A stretch of DNA of 50,422 nt, taken from an uncultured Gammaproteobacteria bacterium. GTDB lineage: Bacteria > Patescibacteriota > Microgenomatia > Levybacterales > JACOYD01. Position numbers and translations under genes: made by a program. Each line of letters starts with the position of its first letter. Position 1 is the stretch's first letter. The stretch covers positions 1-50,422 of the forward strand of contig CAYUJR010000005.1 of the NCBI GenBank assembly GCA_964445095.1, given 5' to 3'. Below the pieces are notes generated by a model that was given only the letters and a program-made list of their open reading frames with translations, made no database searches and had not been told where the DNA came from. Below, in pieces: positions 21,471 to 31,375 of this stretch.

Positions 21471-22061
21471 ATGAAATACAAAGGCTTCACCCTCATCGAG
21501 TTGCTGGTGGTCATTTCTATTATTTCCATCTTGACGGTGGTTTTTTTAATATCTAATCCCTTTACCATGCTGCAAAAAGGCAGAGATACGCAGAGAAAAA
21601 GCGATCTTGGGCAAATACAAAAGGCTTTGGAATCTTACTATAACGATAATAATAAGTACCCCGACTTCGGTAATCCACCAAATGCTCCTGGTAGCGTGAC
21701 CGGATGGGCTATTCCTGGTCACGTAAGTGATAGAGGACTAGGTACTTATTTGCAAAACAATAATTATTTTAAAAGTATTCCCAAAGACCCCAAATTTGAT
21801 GGCAGTAATTGTACTAGTACTACCAGCACAGGCTATCTTTATTTTATGAATAATAGCGATAGGCAAAGATATACCATATTTACGAGACTGGAAAATACCA
21901 ACGATCTGGCTGCTACGCAACCTAAACCCCTACCCAGTGACCCCTATCAAGCCAGCCGTTGTGGGCCAGATGGAAATGCTAATAACTGTAAAACATATAC
22001 ACCGGCGGATAGCGGAACTTGCGGTGGGGTAATTTTTAATTATTGGGTAAATAGTCCATGA
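21471..22061 (+). CDS. Pilin/GspG-like protein
   Basis: G|FTLIELL signal; RDTQRKSDL and PKDP motifs. Confidence 0.85.
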   Translation: MKYKGFTLIELLVVISIISILTVVFLISNPFTMLQKGRDTQRKSDLGQIQKALESYYNDNNKYPDFGNPPNAPGSVTGWAIPGHVSDRGLGTYLQNNNYFKSIPKDPKFDGSNCTSTTSTGYLYFMNNSDRQRYTIFTRLENTNDLAATQPKPLPSDPYQASRCGPDGNANNCKTYTPADSGTCGGVIFNYWVNSP

Positions 22062-22498
22062 AGAAAAAAAACGGGTTTACTCTTATAGAGCTTTTAATTG
22101 TTATTATCATTATTGGCATTTTGGCCACGCTGATTTTTGCCAATTTTGGCGATATCAGGAAAAAATCCCGTGATAGTCAACGAAAAAGCGATTTAAAGCA
22201 AATTCAGACGGCTCTGGAGCTTTATCGAGCCGATAATAAAATATACCCGTTAACTGCTTCATTTCCAGCTTGTGGTAGTGCCTTAACTTTGGGTGGTTCG
22301 ACCTATATGGCCAAAGTTCCTTGCGATCCCACCAATACTGGTCAGTATGTTTATAGATATACAGGAGCTAGCGGTACTACCTATACCCTGACTGCCTGTT
22401 TAGAAAATACTAATGATTCACAAAAAGACACCGCTAATAATGCCTCGATTTGTACTGGAGGGACAACCAATTGGTCTTATACTACGCAAAACCCATGA
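22058..22498 (+). CDS. Pilin/GspG-like protein
   Basis: G|FTLIELL signal; RDSQRKSDLKQIQTALELY. Confidence 0.85.
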   Translation: MKKKNGFTLIELLIVIIIIGILATLIFANFGDIRKKSRDSQRKSDLKQIQTALELYRADNKIYPLTASFPACGSALTLGGSTYMAKVPCDPTNTGQYVYRYTGASGTTYTLTACLENTNDSQKDTANNASICTGGTTNWSYTTQNP

Positions 22499-22971
22499 TA
22501 AAATCGATAGGATTTACCTTAGTAGAGCTTTTGATAGCAGTTTCCGTACTGGCCATTATTGGAGCTTTTGGCTTTGCCGCTCTGGTTAATTATAGTCGTA
22601 TTCAAGCTTTGGAAAATGCCGCTAGAGATTTAAAGACTCATTTAAGACTAGTTCAAAGTAAAGCCATGGTTCAGGAAAAGCCGGCCGCCTGCAGCTCCTC
22701 GGCGCCTTTAACTGCCTATCGCTTAACATTTACCAACCCGAGCAATTATCGGATAGACGCTCTCTGCAGCACCACCGTGACGGTGGGAACTTTTTCTCTT
22801 CCCCAACCAATCACCAGAACAGTCCCCGCGGCAGATACCTATATAGATTTTCTTGTCTCTAGTGGTTTACCAAGACCGGCCGTTGGCTACAGTCTTCCTT
22901 TTACTTTTACTCTGTCCGGTTTTAGTAATACCAGTAGTGTCATTATAGAAGCAACAGGAGTGATCAAGTAA
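22495..22971 (+). CDS. Minor pilin (FimT/GspH-like)
   Basis: MIKSIG|FTLVELL signal. Confidence 0.8.
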   Translation: MIKSIGFTLVELLIAVSVLAIIGAFGFAALVNYSRIQALENAARDLKTHLRLVQSKAMVQEKPAACSSSAPLTAYRLTFTNPSNYRIDALCSTTVTVGTFSLPQPITRTVPAADTYIDFLVSSGLPRPAVGYSLPFTFTLSGFSNTSSVIIEATGVIK

Positions 22972-22974
22972 AAA

Positions 22975-23394
22975 ATGAAAAAAGATGCCGGGCAGACCTT
23001 GCTGGAAGTAATTGTGGGATTAGGAGTGGGGGTGGTAGTGTTGGTAGCTATCACTTCGGCTGTCCTTTCCAGCCTGACCGGCTCTGATTTTGGTAAAAAT
23101 CAGACTCAAGCCACTCTTTATGCCCAGCAAGGGATGGAAGTCGTGAGAGATTTAAGAAACAAGGAGGGAGCTGGCTTTTTTAGCCGCAGCGGTTCTTATT
23201 GTATGGACTCTACCAATAGTTTAGTTCCCGGAGTCTGCTCGAGTCCCAATTTAGACGGTTTTTTTACTCGTAAAATTATTTTTGCAATTTTAGGAGCCGG
23301 TAGGGAGCGAGCTACTGTCACAGTTTCTTTTACCGATAGTAGAGGAGCGCATGAGTCAAACCTGGTATCAATTTTTACTGATTGGCAACAATAA
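22975..23394 (+). CDS. Minor pilin (PilV-like)
   Basis: G|QTLLEV signal; AQQGMEVVR. Confidence 0.8.
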   Translation: MKKDAGQTLLEVIVGLGVGVVVLVAITSAVLSSLTGSDFGKNQTQATLYAQQGMEVVRDLRNKEGAGFFSRSGSYCMDSTNSLVPGVCSSPNLDGFFTRKIIFAILGAGRERATVTVSFTDSRGAHESNLVSIFTDWQQ

Positions 23395-23915
23395 TGAAAC
23401 CGAGAAGAAATGCATTCACGTTGATAGAATTATTGGTGGTGATGGGAGTTTTTCTGGCAGTGGCGGCAGTGGTGGGAGGAATTTTGTTCTCAACACTCCG
23501 CGGTTCACAAAAATCAACTACCATCGATACTGTCCGGGAAAACGGCAATTTTGCCCTTGGTAGCATGACTAAGATGATTCGTCAAGCCCAAAATGTTACT
23601 TATCCTACCAATTGTTTTGCGCCTATCCCCACGCCTGTGTCCAGGATAGAGTTAACTCCCGGCGATGGAAGTAACACCACCATTTTTACTTGCGACGATA
23701 CAAGTAAGAAAATTGCCTCTAATAGTAGCGACTTAATTGATACAACCAGGGTTAATTTAATCTCCGGCAGTTGCTCATTTATCTGCACTCAAACAGCCGG
23801 TCAGCCACCCAGTGTCAGAATAAAATTCCGACTTTCCCAGGCTGGAACTTCTTCGTTTAGCGAGAGTCAAGCCGCTCTGGATTTTGATACGTCGGTAACT
23901 CTAAGAAATCCGTAG
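23394..23915 (+). CDS. Minor pilin (PilW-like)
   Basis: A|FTLIELL signal; C-terminal TSVTLRN. Confidence 0.8.
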   Translation: MKPRRNAFTLIELLVVMGVFLAVAAVVGGILFSTLRGSQKSTTIDTVRENGNFALGSMTKMIRQAQNVTYPTNCFAPIPTPVSRIELTPGDGSNTTIFTCDDTSKKIASNSSDLIDTTRVNLISGSCSFICTQTAGQPPSVRIKFRLSQAGTSSFSESQAALDFDTSVTLRNP

Positions 23916-23952
23916 TTGACTTTTACCTCTATTTATTCCTACAATAAATTTA

Positions 23953-24732
23953 ATGGGCAAACAAAGTGGTCAAGCCTTGTTGATTGTAGTGCTGACGATG
24001 GTAGTAGCCTTAACAGTAGGTTTATCTGTAGTATCGCGTTCGATTACTAATGTACGTATCTCGACATCGGAGGAGGAATCGCAGCGTGCTTTTTCTGCAG
24101 CCGAAGCGGGAGTTGAAGAACTGCTCAAGAGCGGGGCGGACTCGGCCGCTGACACTCTCCCTAATCAAGCCATCTATAACGCACGAGCAATTGCAGTTTC
24201 TTCTCCCACCGAATTTTTAGTACCGGGAACGGCCAATAAAGACGAGGCGGTACAAGTCTGGCTGTCAAATTATCCAGATTATGCCAGTCCGTATTCCGGA
24301 CAAATCACAATTTATTGGGGTGATCCGGCAGAAATTTGTAATAATGTGGCGGCCATTGAAGCAATTATCTTATCCGGTTCTACCACCTCACCCACAGTTA
24401 ATCGATATCTTCTAGATCCTTGTAGCAGGGGTAATAACTTTACTCTAGTTTCAGGAGGAGCAGGAGCTGTCCAGGGCGTTAACTTTGGCCATAGTTACTT
24501 GATTTCTGTTACTAATGGTCTTATCATGAGAATGATTCCTCTTTATAAATCAACGAATATAGCCGTGAAAGGTAACGTAGTTCTTCCCTCTCAAGGTAAA
24601 GATATTGAGTCAACGGGTGAGTTTACTTCGGCCGGTCAGAAGGTAGTTCGTAAAATCAGAGTTTTTCAGTCTCATCCCTCCCTGCCTAGTATTTTTGATC
24701 ACGCCATTTTTTCCGGCACCAGTCTTCCCTAA
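23953..24732 (+). CDS. PilX-like minor pilin
   Basis: G|QALLIV without E5; RAFSAAEAGVE. Leaderless promoter TTGACT-18-TACAAT-7nt-ATG. Confidence 0.8.
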   Translation: MGKQSGQALLIVVLTMVVALTVGLSVVSRSITNVRISTSEEESQRAFSAAEAGVEELLKSGADSAADTLPNQAIYNARAIAVSSPTEFLVPGTANKDEAVQVWLSNYPDYASPYSGQITIYWGDPAEICNNVAAIEAIILSGSTTSPTVNRYLLDPCSRGNNFTLVSGGAGAVQGVNFGHSYLISVTNGLIMRMIPLYKSTNIAVKGNVVLPSQGKDIESTGEFTSAGQKVVRKIRVFQSHPSLPSIFDHAIFSGTSLP

Positions 24733-24738
24733 ACTAAT

Positions 24739-25767
24739 ATGCCCAAAAAAGTTTTCGGACTCGACATTGGCACTACCTCTATTAAGGCAGTTGAAATAGC
24801 AGTTGAAAAAAGTGAATTACGGTTGGTAGCGGCTGACGAAATTCCTACTCCGCCTCGGGGTTTAGCCTCCGAGTCAGACCTTGACCAGCAGTTGTTGGCC
24901 GGCACAATTAAAAAACTAATCCAACTGGCCAAAATTGACACTAAGTTTGTTAATACGGCTTTACCTGAAGCCCAAGTTTTTACCCGGGTGATAGAAATGC
25001 CGATTCTAAGTGAAAAAGAACTGGTCTCGGCTATCAAGTGGGAATCCGAACAATATATCCCTCTCCCCGAATCTTCAATTTCTCTTGATTGGGAGATCTT
25101 GCGCAAAAATCCGGAGAAGAACAATATGGATGTATTATTAGTAGGAGCGCCGATGCGGTTAGTTGCTAAATATCAAAAAATAATGGAATTGGCAAATCTG
25201 GAGGTTGTTTCCATGGAGACAGAGTTACTGGCCGCCAGTCATTCGCTGGTGTGGTTCTCGGAAAAAAACACGCCGACAATTCTAATGCATATTGGAGCAA
25301 ATTCTACCAACCTGGGTATTTTTAAAGATGGCATGTTAGTAGTTGGTTCGACTATTCCCTCGGGGGGTAATGCCTTAACCCGAGCAATAGCGGGAGAATT
25401 TGGCTTTGAGACAACTCAAGCTGAAGAATATAAAAAAACATATGGTTTAGAAAAGCAAGCATTCGGCGGAAAAATAGTAGTGGCACTCCAGCCAGTTTTA
25501 ACGAGTTGGCTGGCCGAAATTAAAAAGGCGATTAGTTTCTATCAGAATAAACAATTAAACAGCGAAATTAAACGAATAATTATTTCAGGGGGTGGAGCCA
25601 AACTTCCGGGCTTGGCAATTTTTTTTGCTGATAGTTTGGGTATAGAAGCAGAATTAGGAAATCCCTGGAAGCATATCAAGGTTGATCCGAAAACTTTTGA
25701 AACATTTGCCTCTCGAGCCCCTGCCTATGTCGTGGCAACCGGTCTAGCACTACGAGAATATGGTTAA
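24739..25767 (+). CDS. pilM: Type IV pilus assembly protein PilM
   Basis: Actin-like motifs GLDIGTTSIK, ISGGGAKLPG and ATGLALR. Confidence 0.92.
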   Translation: MPKKVFGLDIGTTSIKAVEIAVEKSELRLVAADEIPTPPRGLASESDLDQQLLAGTIKKLIQLAKIDTKFVNTALPEAQVFTRVIEMPILSEKELVSAIKWESEQYIPLPESSISLDWEILRKNPEKNNMDVLLVGAPMRLVAKYQKIMELANLEVVSMETELLAASHSLVWFSEKNTPTILMHIGANSTNLGIFKDGMLVVGSTIPSGGNALTRAIAGEFGFETTQAEEYKKTYGLEKQAFGGKIVVALQPVLTSWLAEIKKAISFYQNKQLNSEIKRIIISGGGAKLPGLAIFFADSLGIEAELGNPWKHIKVDPKTFETFASRAPAYVVATGLALREYG

Positions 25768-26299
25768 CATTAATCTTTTAAAAAGAGCCCAAACCCCTCA
25801 GCTAACCAAAAAGCGAATTAAAAATACGCTTAATTATATTTCTTTTCTGTTGTTTACCATACTGGTAATACTATGGGCAGTTAGCTTTATGATCAATTTA
25901 TTATTAGCAGTCAAAGTGCAAGATGCGAGTCAGCTCATTAAGCGGGCAGAGATAGAAATAACTTCTTTTGCCGAACTGGAAGTAATGCGGCGAACGATAA
26001 ACGATAAACTCAACTCTATCGAGAAAATCAATAAACAAGACTATCGTTTTGACGAAAAAGTAATTGCTATAGAGGATATATTGCCGCCAGATGTTTTCCT
26101 GCAGCAAGCCACCTTTACCTCTAAAACATTTTCTTTTTCTATTACCTCAATTAAACTTTCCTCTCTTAACATTTTTATAGAAAGTCTTGTGTCTCGAGAA
26201 AAAGGGGCAAAATTTTTTCAAAAGATTATTCTGGAGGGATTGGGATTTGATGAAAAAGACAGTAGTTATAAAATGAATATTTCAGGAGAATTATTATGA
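25760..26299 (+). CDS. pilN: PilN-like protein
   Basis: INLL motif followed by a TM helix; lies after pilM. Confidence 0.75.
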   Translation: MVNINLLKRAQTPQLTKKRIKNTLNYISFLLFTILVILWAVSFMINLLLAVKVQDASQLIKRAEIEITSFAELEVMRRTINDKLNSIEKINKQDYRFDEKVIAIEDILPPDVFLQQATFTSKTFSFSITSIKLSSLNIFIESLVSREKGAKFFQKIILEGLGFDEKDSSYKMNISGELL

Positions 26300-27000
26300 G
26301 TCGCGAATTGTCATTTTACACTAAATTATTGCAAGACTTTGCTATTTATATAGGTTTTTTAATCATATTTTTATTTCTTTTATTTAAAATATTAATTCCC
26401 CAAATGGAGTCTATTTTGACAAATAGAACGTTACTCCAAAATAGTCAGGAAAAATTAGACAACCTAGAAACAAAAGTCAGAATTTTAAGAGGATATAATA
26501 AAGAAGCTACTCGCGAACAACTCAAGAAACTTAACCTGGCTTTGCCTCTGGAAAAAGATATAGGACTAATGCTTAGTTCTCTTGATAGCGTGGCAGCCAG
26601 ATCTAAAGCTCAACTAGGCACGTTTTCGATAAAAGTAGGTAGTTTGGCCACTCCATCAGCCGCTACTAAGGATTCGACACTCGGAGTGCCATCCCTTGAG
26701 GTTAAACTTAATATCAGCGGTGAGCCTCGGGAAATAGCAGAATTTGTTAAACAAACCCGATCGGTCTTGCCAATTATGCAGGTTTCTAAGGTTGCGCTAA
26801 CTGGTCTTTCTTCTAGTATTGACTTAGTCTATTATTATCAGCCAACAATTCCTATAAATTCAATAACAGATGCCCCTCTGCCAATTTTTTCTTCCAGCCA
26901 AGAAAAAATTCTAAGTGATATAGAAACAAGAGCGCCTGTTTTAACCGGCGGGGCGGAGACTGAAATTGACAGTAGCTCAAGAACTGACCCGTTTTACTAA
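26296..27000 (+). CDS. pilO: PilO-like protein
   Basis: N-terminal TM, coiled coil and ALP motif; position in the operon. Confidence 0.7.
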   Translation: MSRELSFYTKLLQDFAIYIGFLIIFLFLLFKILIPQMESILTNRTLLQNSQEKLDNLETKVRILRGYNKEATREQLKKLNLALPLEKDIGLMLSSLDSVAARSKAQLGTFSIKVGSLATPSAATKDSTLGVPSLEVKLNISGEPREIAEFVKQTRSVLPIMQVSKVALTGLSSSIDLVYYYQPTIPINSITDAPLPIFSSSQEKILSDIETRAPVLTGGAETEIDSSSRTDPFY

Positions 27001-27651
27001 AGTTTTTTTACTTCTCCAAGATGTAATTTCTTTATGATTGCCGGAAATTAAAATTTTAGGAACACGCCATCCCTCGTAAGTATTTGGCCGGGTATATTGG
27101 GGATGTTCGATGCTAGTTGAGAAGTGAGAAAAAGATTCATAGAGTGTTGCCTCCGGTTTAGTTAATACTCCGGAGATAAGCCTGCTGACTGTATCGACTA
27201 CGACCATAGCCGGAATTTCTCCTCCGGTTAGTACGTAATTGCCAATAGATAGCGTTTCATCTACTAAATGTTCTTTTACTCTTTCGTCCACACCCTCGTA
27301 GTGCCCAGCAATAAGAATCAAGTGATCAAGTTTTGATAATTCTCCTGCCCTATCCTGTGTAAATGTTTTTCCTCGCGGGTCTGTAAGAATTATTTGCTCT
27401 CGACATTTGACATTTGACATTTGACATTTGACATTTGTGATTGCTTTATCAATCACATCTACCCTCAATACCATTCCCACTCCCCCACCATACGGTCGGT
27501 CATCTACGATTTTGTGTCTGCCAATGCCAAAATCACGAATGTTTACTAAATCTATTTTGATCAGTTTTTTTTGCTGGGCTCTCTTAATAATTGAGTAACT
27601 AAAAGGCCCCTGAAACATTTCAGGGAAGAGGGTAAGAATTGTAATTTTCAT
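26977..27651 (-). CDS. trmD: tRNA (guanine37-N1)-methyltransferase
   Basis: Motifs TLFPEMF, VDDRPYGGG, GHYEGVDER and SIGNYVLTGGE. Confidence 0.96.
   Translation of the reverse strand: MKITILTLFPEMFQGPFSYSIIKRAQQKKLIKIDLVNIRDFGIGRHKIVDDRPYGGGVGMVLRVDVIDKAITNVKCQMSNVKCREQIILTDPRGKTFTQDRAGELSKLDHLILIAGHYEGVDERVKEHLVDETLSIGNYVLTGGEIPAMVVVDTVSRLISGVLTKPEATLYESFSHFSTSIEHPQYTRPNTYEGWRVPKILISGNHKEITSWRSKKTLVKRVSS
27402..27436. repeat. Perfect heptamer array (GACATTT) x5 in trmD
   Basis: Encodes NVKCQMSNVKC. Confidence 0.9.
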
Positions 27652-27881
27652 GCTTCGACCAAAGTTAGATTAACTCGTTTACCTTCTTTTAACGCCTGAA
27701 TACGCAAAACGTTTCTGATGGCTTTAATTATTTTTCCGTTTTTGCCAATTATCCTACCCATGTCGTCTTTGGCAACAGTTAGGTTAAGATTAATTATTCC
27801 ATCTACTTCGTCTTGAGCTATGGTAATTTGTTCAGTTTTTTGTACAATCGCCTTGACTATAAATTCCAGAGTCTTTTCCAT
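27648..27881 (-). CDS. khpA: KH-domain RNA-binding protein KhpA
   Basis: Motif DMGRIIGKNGKIIKAIR. Confidence 0.88.
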   Translation of the reverse strand: MEKTLEFIVKAIVQKTEQITIAQDEVDGIINLNLTVAKDDMGRIIGKNGKIIKAIRNVLRIQALKEGKRVNLTLVEA

Positions 27882-27896
27882 AAGACAAAAATTATC

Positions 27897-28562
27897 TCAT
27901 CTCCCTTTTAACTTTTCAAGCGCTAGTTTGGCTGCCTGTTGCTCGGCAATCTGCCTAGAGTTTCCCTCGCCGGTGGCTTCTAAATTACCAAGCACATAAA
28001 CACCGACTGTAAAAATCTTTTTGTGATCCGGACCTTCAGTTTTTAGAATTTGGTATATGGGCGCAGGCTTTTTTTGTTGTTGGATAAACTCTTGAAAAAG
28101 ACTTTTATTATCTTTTAGTTGTGCTAGAACGTTTTCTTTCTCTATCCTCGGTAGAAGGGTTTTTTCTAAAAAAAGCCAGACACTATCTAATCCGCTATCT
28201 AAAAATAAGGCGCCAACAAAAGCCTCAAAAGTATTGGCAAGAAGCGTGGGATTATTTCGCCCAAATTTTTCTTCTCCTCGGGAGAGCTTAAGGTGTTTAC
28301 CTAATTCTAGCTCATAAGCTACCGTAGCCAGAGTATCGGTTCTAACCAGGATTGAGCGCAAATCTGTCAATTTTCCTTCAGAGAGCGTAGGAAATTTTTG
28401 ATAGAGAAATTTAGATACCAGAAAAGCCAGCACGCTATCGCCCAAGAATTCTAGTCTCTCATTTGATATTAAACCTTGACTGCTTATCTCATTAAGATAA
28501 GAGCGGTGAGTGAAGGCTAACTCCAGAAATTTACGATTTTTAAATTTAGGTAAAACTGCCAT
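27897..28562 (-). CDS. rnc: Ribonuclease III
   Basis: Motifs AFTHRSY and NERLEFLGD, plus a dsRBD with GPDH. Confidence 0.95.
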   Translation of the reverse strand: MAVLPKFKNRKFLELAFTHRSYLNEISSQGLISNERLEFLGDSVLAFLVSKFLYQKFPTLSEGKLTDLRSILVRTDTLATVAYELELGKHLKLSRGEEKFGRNNPTLLANTFEAFVGALFLDSGLDSVWLFLEKTLLPRIEKENVLAQLKDNKSLFQEFIQQQKKPAPIYQILKTEGPDHKKIFTVGVYVLGNLEATGEGNSRQIAEQQAAKLALEKLKGR

Positions 28563-28800
28563 GATCAACAATGAAATTAATAATATCGCCTACTGTAGTA
28601 AAACTTTCCCCTTCCTGTGGCTCGATTTTTATATTAAAAGTATTCTCCAGTGCGGAGTAGAAATCGCCGAGTTCCAGCCGGGTTGAATTAAGGTCTTTTT
28701 CCAACTCTAATTCCGGCTTGATATCTTCTTTGGGAATACCAAAGTGATTGGCAAAAACCTCGATGATTTTACTCTCCAATTTTTTTTCGCTCTCGTTCAT
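28546..28800 (-). CDS. Acyl carrier protein-like protein (atypical attachment motif)
   Basis: Acidic 84 aa protein with ALENTFNIKI and TTVGDII, upstream of rnc. The DSL motif reads TRL. Confidence 0.75.
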   Translation of the reverse strand: MNESEKKLESKIIEVFANHFGIPKEDIKPELELEKDLNSTRLELGDFYSALENTFNIKIEPQEGESFTTVGDIINFIVDHGSFT

Positions 28801-29137
28801 AAATTTTACCTAAAACACCATTGACAAAAGATGAAGAAGTATCGCCGCCAAATTCTTTTCCTAATTCTACCGCCTCGTCAATAATTACCCTGGGAGGTTC
28901 TTTTGCTTCAAATAATAATTCGTAAATTGCCAAGCGTAAAATGACTAAATCAATTTTGTTTATCTTATCTATTGGAAATTCAGACGCCGCTTCTCGTATT
29001 ATTGTATCAATTTTAGTAAGATTAGCAATAATTTTTTTAACGTTGCTGCTCGTTTTTTGAGAAGCAAAACTTAAGGCAAATAATTCCTGAATGGTTTTTT
29101 GTCTGGCTTTGTGTCGCGGATCACTTCTCTCTCTCAT
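28769..29137 (-). CDS. nusB: Transcription antitermination factor NusB
   Basis: Motifs ILRLAIYEL, IIDEAVELGK and FVNGVL. Confidence 0.92.
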   Translation of the reverse strand: MRERSDPRHKARQKTIQELFALSFASQKTSSNVKKIIANLTKIDTIIREAASEFPIDKINKIDLVILRLAIYELLFEAKEPPRVIIDEAVELGKEFGGDTSSSFVNGVLGKIYERERKKIGE

Positions 29138-29333
29138 CGTTTTTCTTTTTTGCTGAAGTTGTGGAATAGACTAGTCTACCGTCATAAAATCCGCAGTTTT
29201 TGCAAATCTGGTGAGGATAAGTCTTTTGATGACAATTTTTGCACTCCCCGAGTTTTAGCAAGCTAAAGCTAATACTGGCACGTCTTTTACCCTGCCGCTG
29301 TCTAGAGTGTCTTCTTTTAGGTTCTTGTGGCAT
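29121..29333 (-). CDS. rpmF: 50S ribosomal protein L32
   Basis: PKRRHS...CKNC...PHQICKNCGFY. Confidence 0.92.
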   Translation of the reverse strand: MPQEPKRRHSRQRQGKRRASISFSLLKLGECKNCHQKTYPHQICKNCGFYDGRLVYSTTSAKKKNDEREK

Positions 29334-29344
29334 AAGTTTTAGAG

Positions 29345-31372
29345 TTAATCTGGTGCGACTTGTTGTATTGTATAGCTTTTTAGCTTTTCTTTCAATAGGG
29401 GGAAGGTATCAAGCTGCGGTAATATTTTTTCTGCCTCAACTCTCGCTTTTTTAATTAAGTTAGCGTCATTAAAAGTAGCAACTTTTAGAGTAGGAAGACC
29501 GTGTTGCATAGTTCCATAAATTTCCCCCGGACCGCGCAACTTCAGATCGAGTTCTGCCAGTTGAGCGCCGATATGTAAAACCTCTAGCGCCTTAAGACGT
29601 TTAAGAATAGTTTTTTCTTTGGATTCTGTAAATAGTAGGCAATATGATTGCTTGTCGCTTCTGCCTACTCTGCCCCGTAATTGATGAAGCTGTGCTAATC
29701 CAAATCGTTCAGCGGCCTCGATAATAATTATAGCGGCATTGGGAATATCTATGCCTACTTCAACGACCGGAGTAGCCACCAGTATATCAATAGTCCCATT
29801 CCTAAAGTTATTGATAGCCGACTCTTTTTCTTGATGCTTTAACTTCCCGTGTAGCAACCCTAATTTAAAATCGGTGAAAACTTCTTTTTTTAATCTGTCA
29901 AATTCTAATGTCGCTGCCTTGACGGACTTAAGACTTTCCGACTGTTCTATAAAGGGACAGATAATAAAAAGTTGCGTGTGGTGGATGCTAAGTTGTGAGC
30001 GAATCCAGTGGTAGGCCGCCTCTCTTTTCTGGGGAGAAACAAGCCAGGTTCTAATTTCTTTTCGTCCTTTAGGCATTTCGTCCAAAAATGACAGCTCTAG
30101 GTCTCCATACAGCGTTAAAGCTACAGTTCGGGGGATGGGCGTAGCGGTCATGGTCAGAAAATGGGGATTTCTGCCCTTTTTTCTGACCATCGCCCGTTGT
30201 TCTACTCCAAAACGCTGTTGCTCGTCAATTACCACCAGACGAATTTTATTAAAATCTAATTTTTTGAACAGCAAAGCATGAGTACCAACGAGAATTGAGA
30301 ATTGAGAATTGAGAATTGAGCTTTTTTTACTCCCTGTTATTAAGCTAACCTTAACTCCCAACGGTGTTAATAGTTTGGAAATAGTATTGTAATGTTGATT
30401 AGCGAGGATTTCTGTCGGAGCCATCAAAACTGATTGAAAGTTATTTAAATGCGATAGATACATGGCTATTGCCGCCACTACAGTTTTTCCACTACCTACG
30501 TCGCCTTCTAAAAGCCTGTTCATTGGACGAGTGCCAGCTAGATCAGCAAATATTTCTTTAACCGCTTTTTTTTGGGCAAAAGTGAGTTCAAAAGGTAGTT
30601 TTTGCCAGAAATCTTGAATTTGCTTACGGAATTTACTGATGATAAATGGATAACCGCTCGTGCTATTATTCCAGTCCGTTTTTCTTTTTAAAACAGCCAT
30701 TTGTAATAAAAAAAACTCATCAAATGCTAACCTTTGTTTTGCTAAATCAGCGCTTTTTTTATCTTTTGGAAAATGGATTTGTTCAATAGCTTCGATAAAT
30801 CCTATAAAACCTTCTCTTTTAATAATCGAATAAGGAATATACTCGAACAAATTACTTTTCTGTTCATGAAGTATCTGATAGATTTGACGACGTAACCATT
30901 TAGAAGAAATACCCCTGGTTTCTGGATAAATTGGCACTAATCGACCAGTATGGATACTCAGAGCGTCATTATTAACTATTTCGTACTCTGGTGATTCAAG
31001 AACCGGCTTTTTGGCAAATACTGAAATTTTTCCGGCAAGAGAAATCTTGTCTCCTGCTTGAATATTCTTAGCCAGAAAAGGTTGATTAAACCAAACGACA
31101 TCTATAGTGCCAGTGTCATCTTTTATTTTTGCTTTTTGAATAGTTTTAAATCTTCTTATGTAGCTATTTTTTATTTCAGCAACAAAACCTTGAATGGTGA
31201 CATTTTCCCCAGCCTGAACCTTATCAATTGGAGAAATGAGGGAAAAATCTTCATAGCGAAATGGTACATGATAGAGAAAATCTTGCGCGATGTATATTCC
31301 CAATTTTTTAAGTCGAGTAGCATATATTGGACCAATTTTGGGAAGCTGGTTAATTGGTGTTGACAAGTCCAT
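29345..31372 (-). CDS. recG: ATP-dependent DNA helicase RecG
   Basis: Motifs GDVGSGKT, DEQQRFG, TATPIPRT and QLRGRVGR. Confidence 0.96.
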   Translation of the reverse strand: MDLSTPINQLPKIGPIYATRLKKLGIYIAQDFLYHVPFRYEDFSLISPIDKVQAGENVTIQGFVAEIKNSYIRRFKTIQKAKIKDDTGTIDVVWFNQPFLAKNIQAGDKISLAGKISVFAKKPVLESPEYEIVNNDALSIHTGRLVPIYPETRGISSKWLRRQIYQILHEQKSNLFEYIPYSIIKREGFIGFIEAIEQIHFPKDKKSADLAKQRLAFDEFFLLQMAVLKRKTDWNNSTSGYPFIISKFRKQIQDFWQKLPFELTFAQKKAVKEIFADLAGTRPMNRLLEGDVGSGKTVVAAIAMYLSHLNNFQSVLMAPTEILANQHYNTISKLLTPLGVKVSLITGSKKSSILNSQFSILVGTHALLFKKLDFNKIRLVVIDEQQRFGVEQRAMVRKKGRNPHFLTMTATPIPRTVALTLYGDLELSFLDEMPKGRKEIRTWLVSPQKREAAYHWIRSQLSIHHTQLFIICPFIEQSESLKSVKAATLEFDRLKKEVFTDFKLGLLHGKLKHQEKESAINNFRNGTIDILVATPVVEVGIDIPNAAIIIIEAAERFGLAQLHQLRGRVGRSDKQSYCLLFTESKEKTILKRLKALEVLHIGAQLAELDLKLRGPGEIYGTMQHGLPTLKVATFNDANLIKKARVEAEKILPQLDTFPLLKEKLKSYTIQQVAPD
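30290..30320. repeat. Heptamer array (GAGAATT) x4 in recG
   Basis: Encodes SILNSQFSIL. Confidence 0.85.
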
Positions 31373-31375
31373 TGT

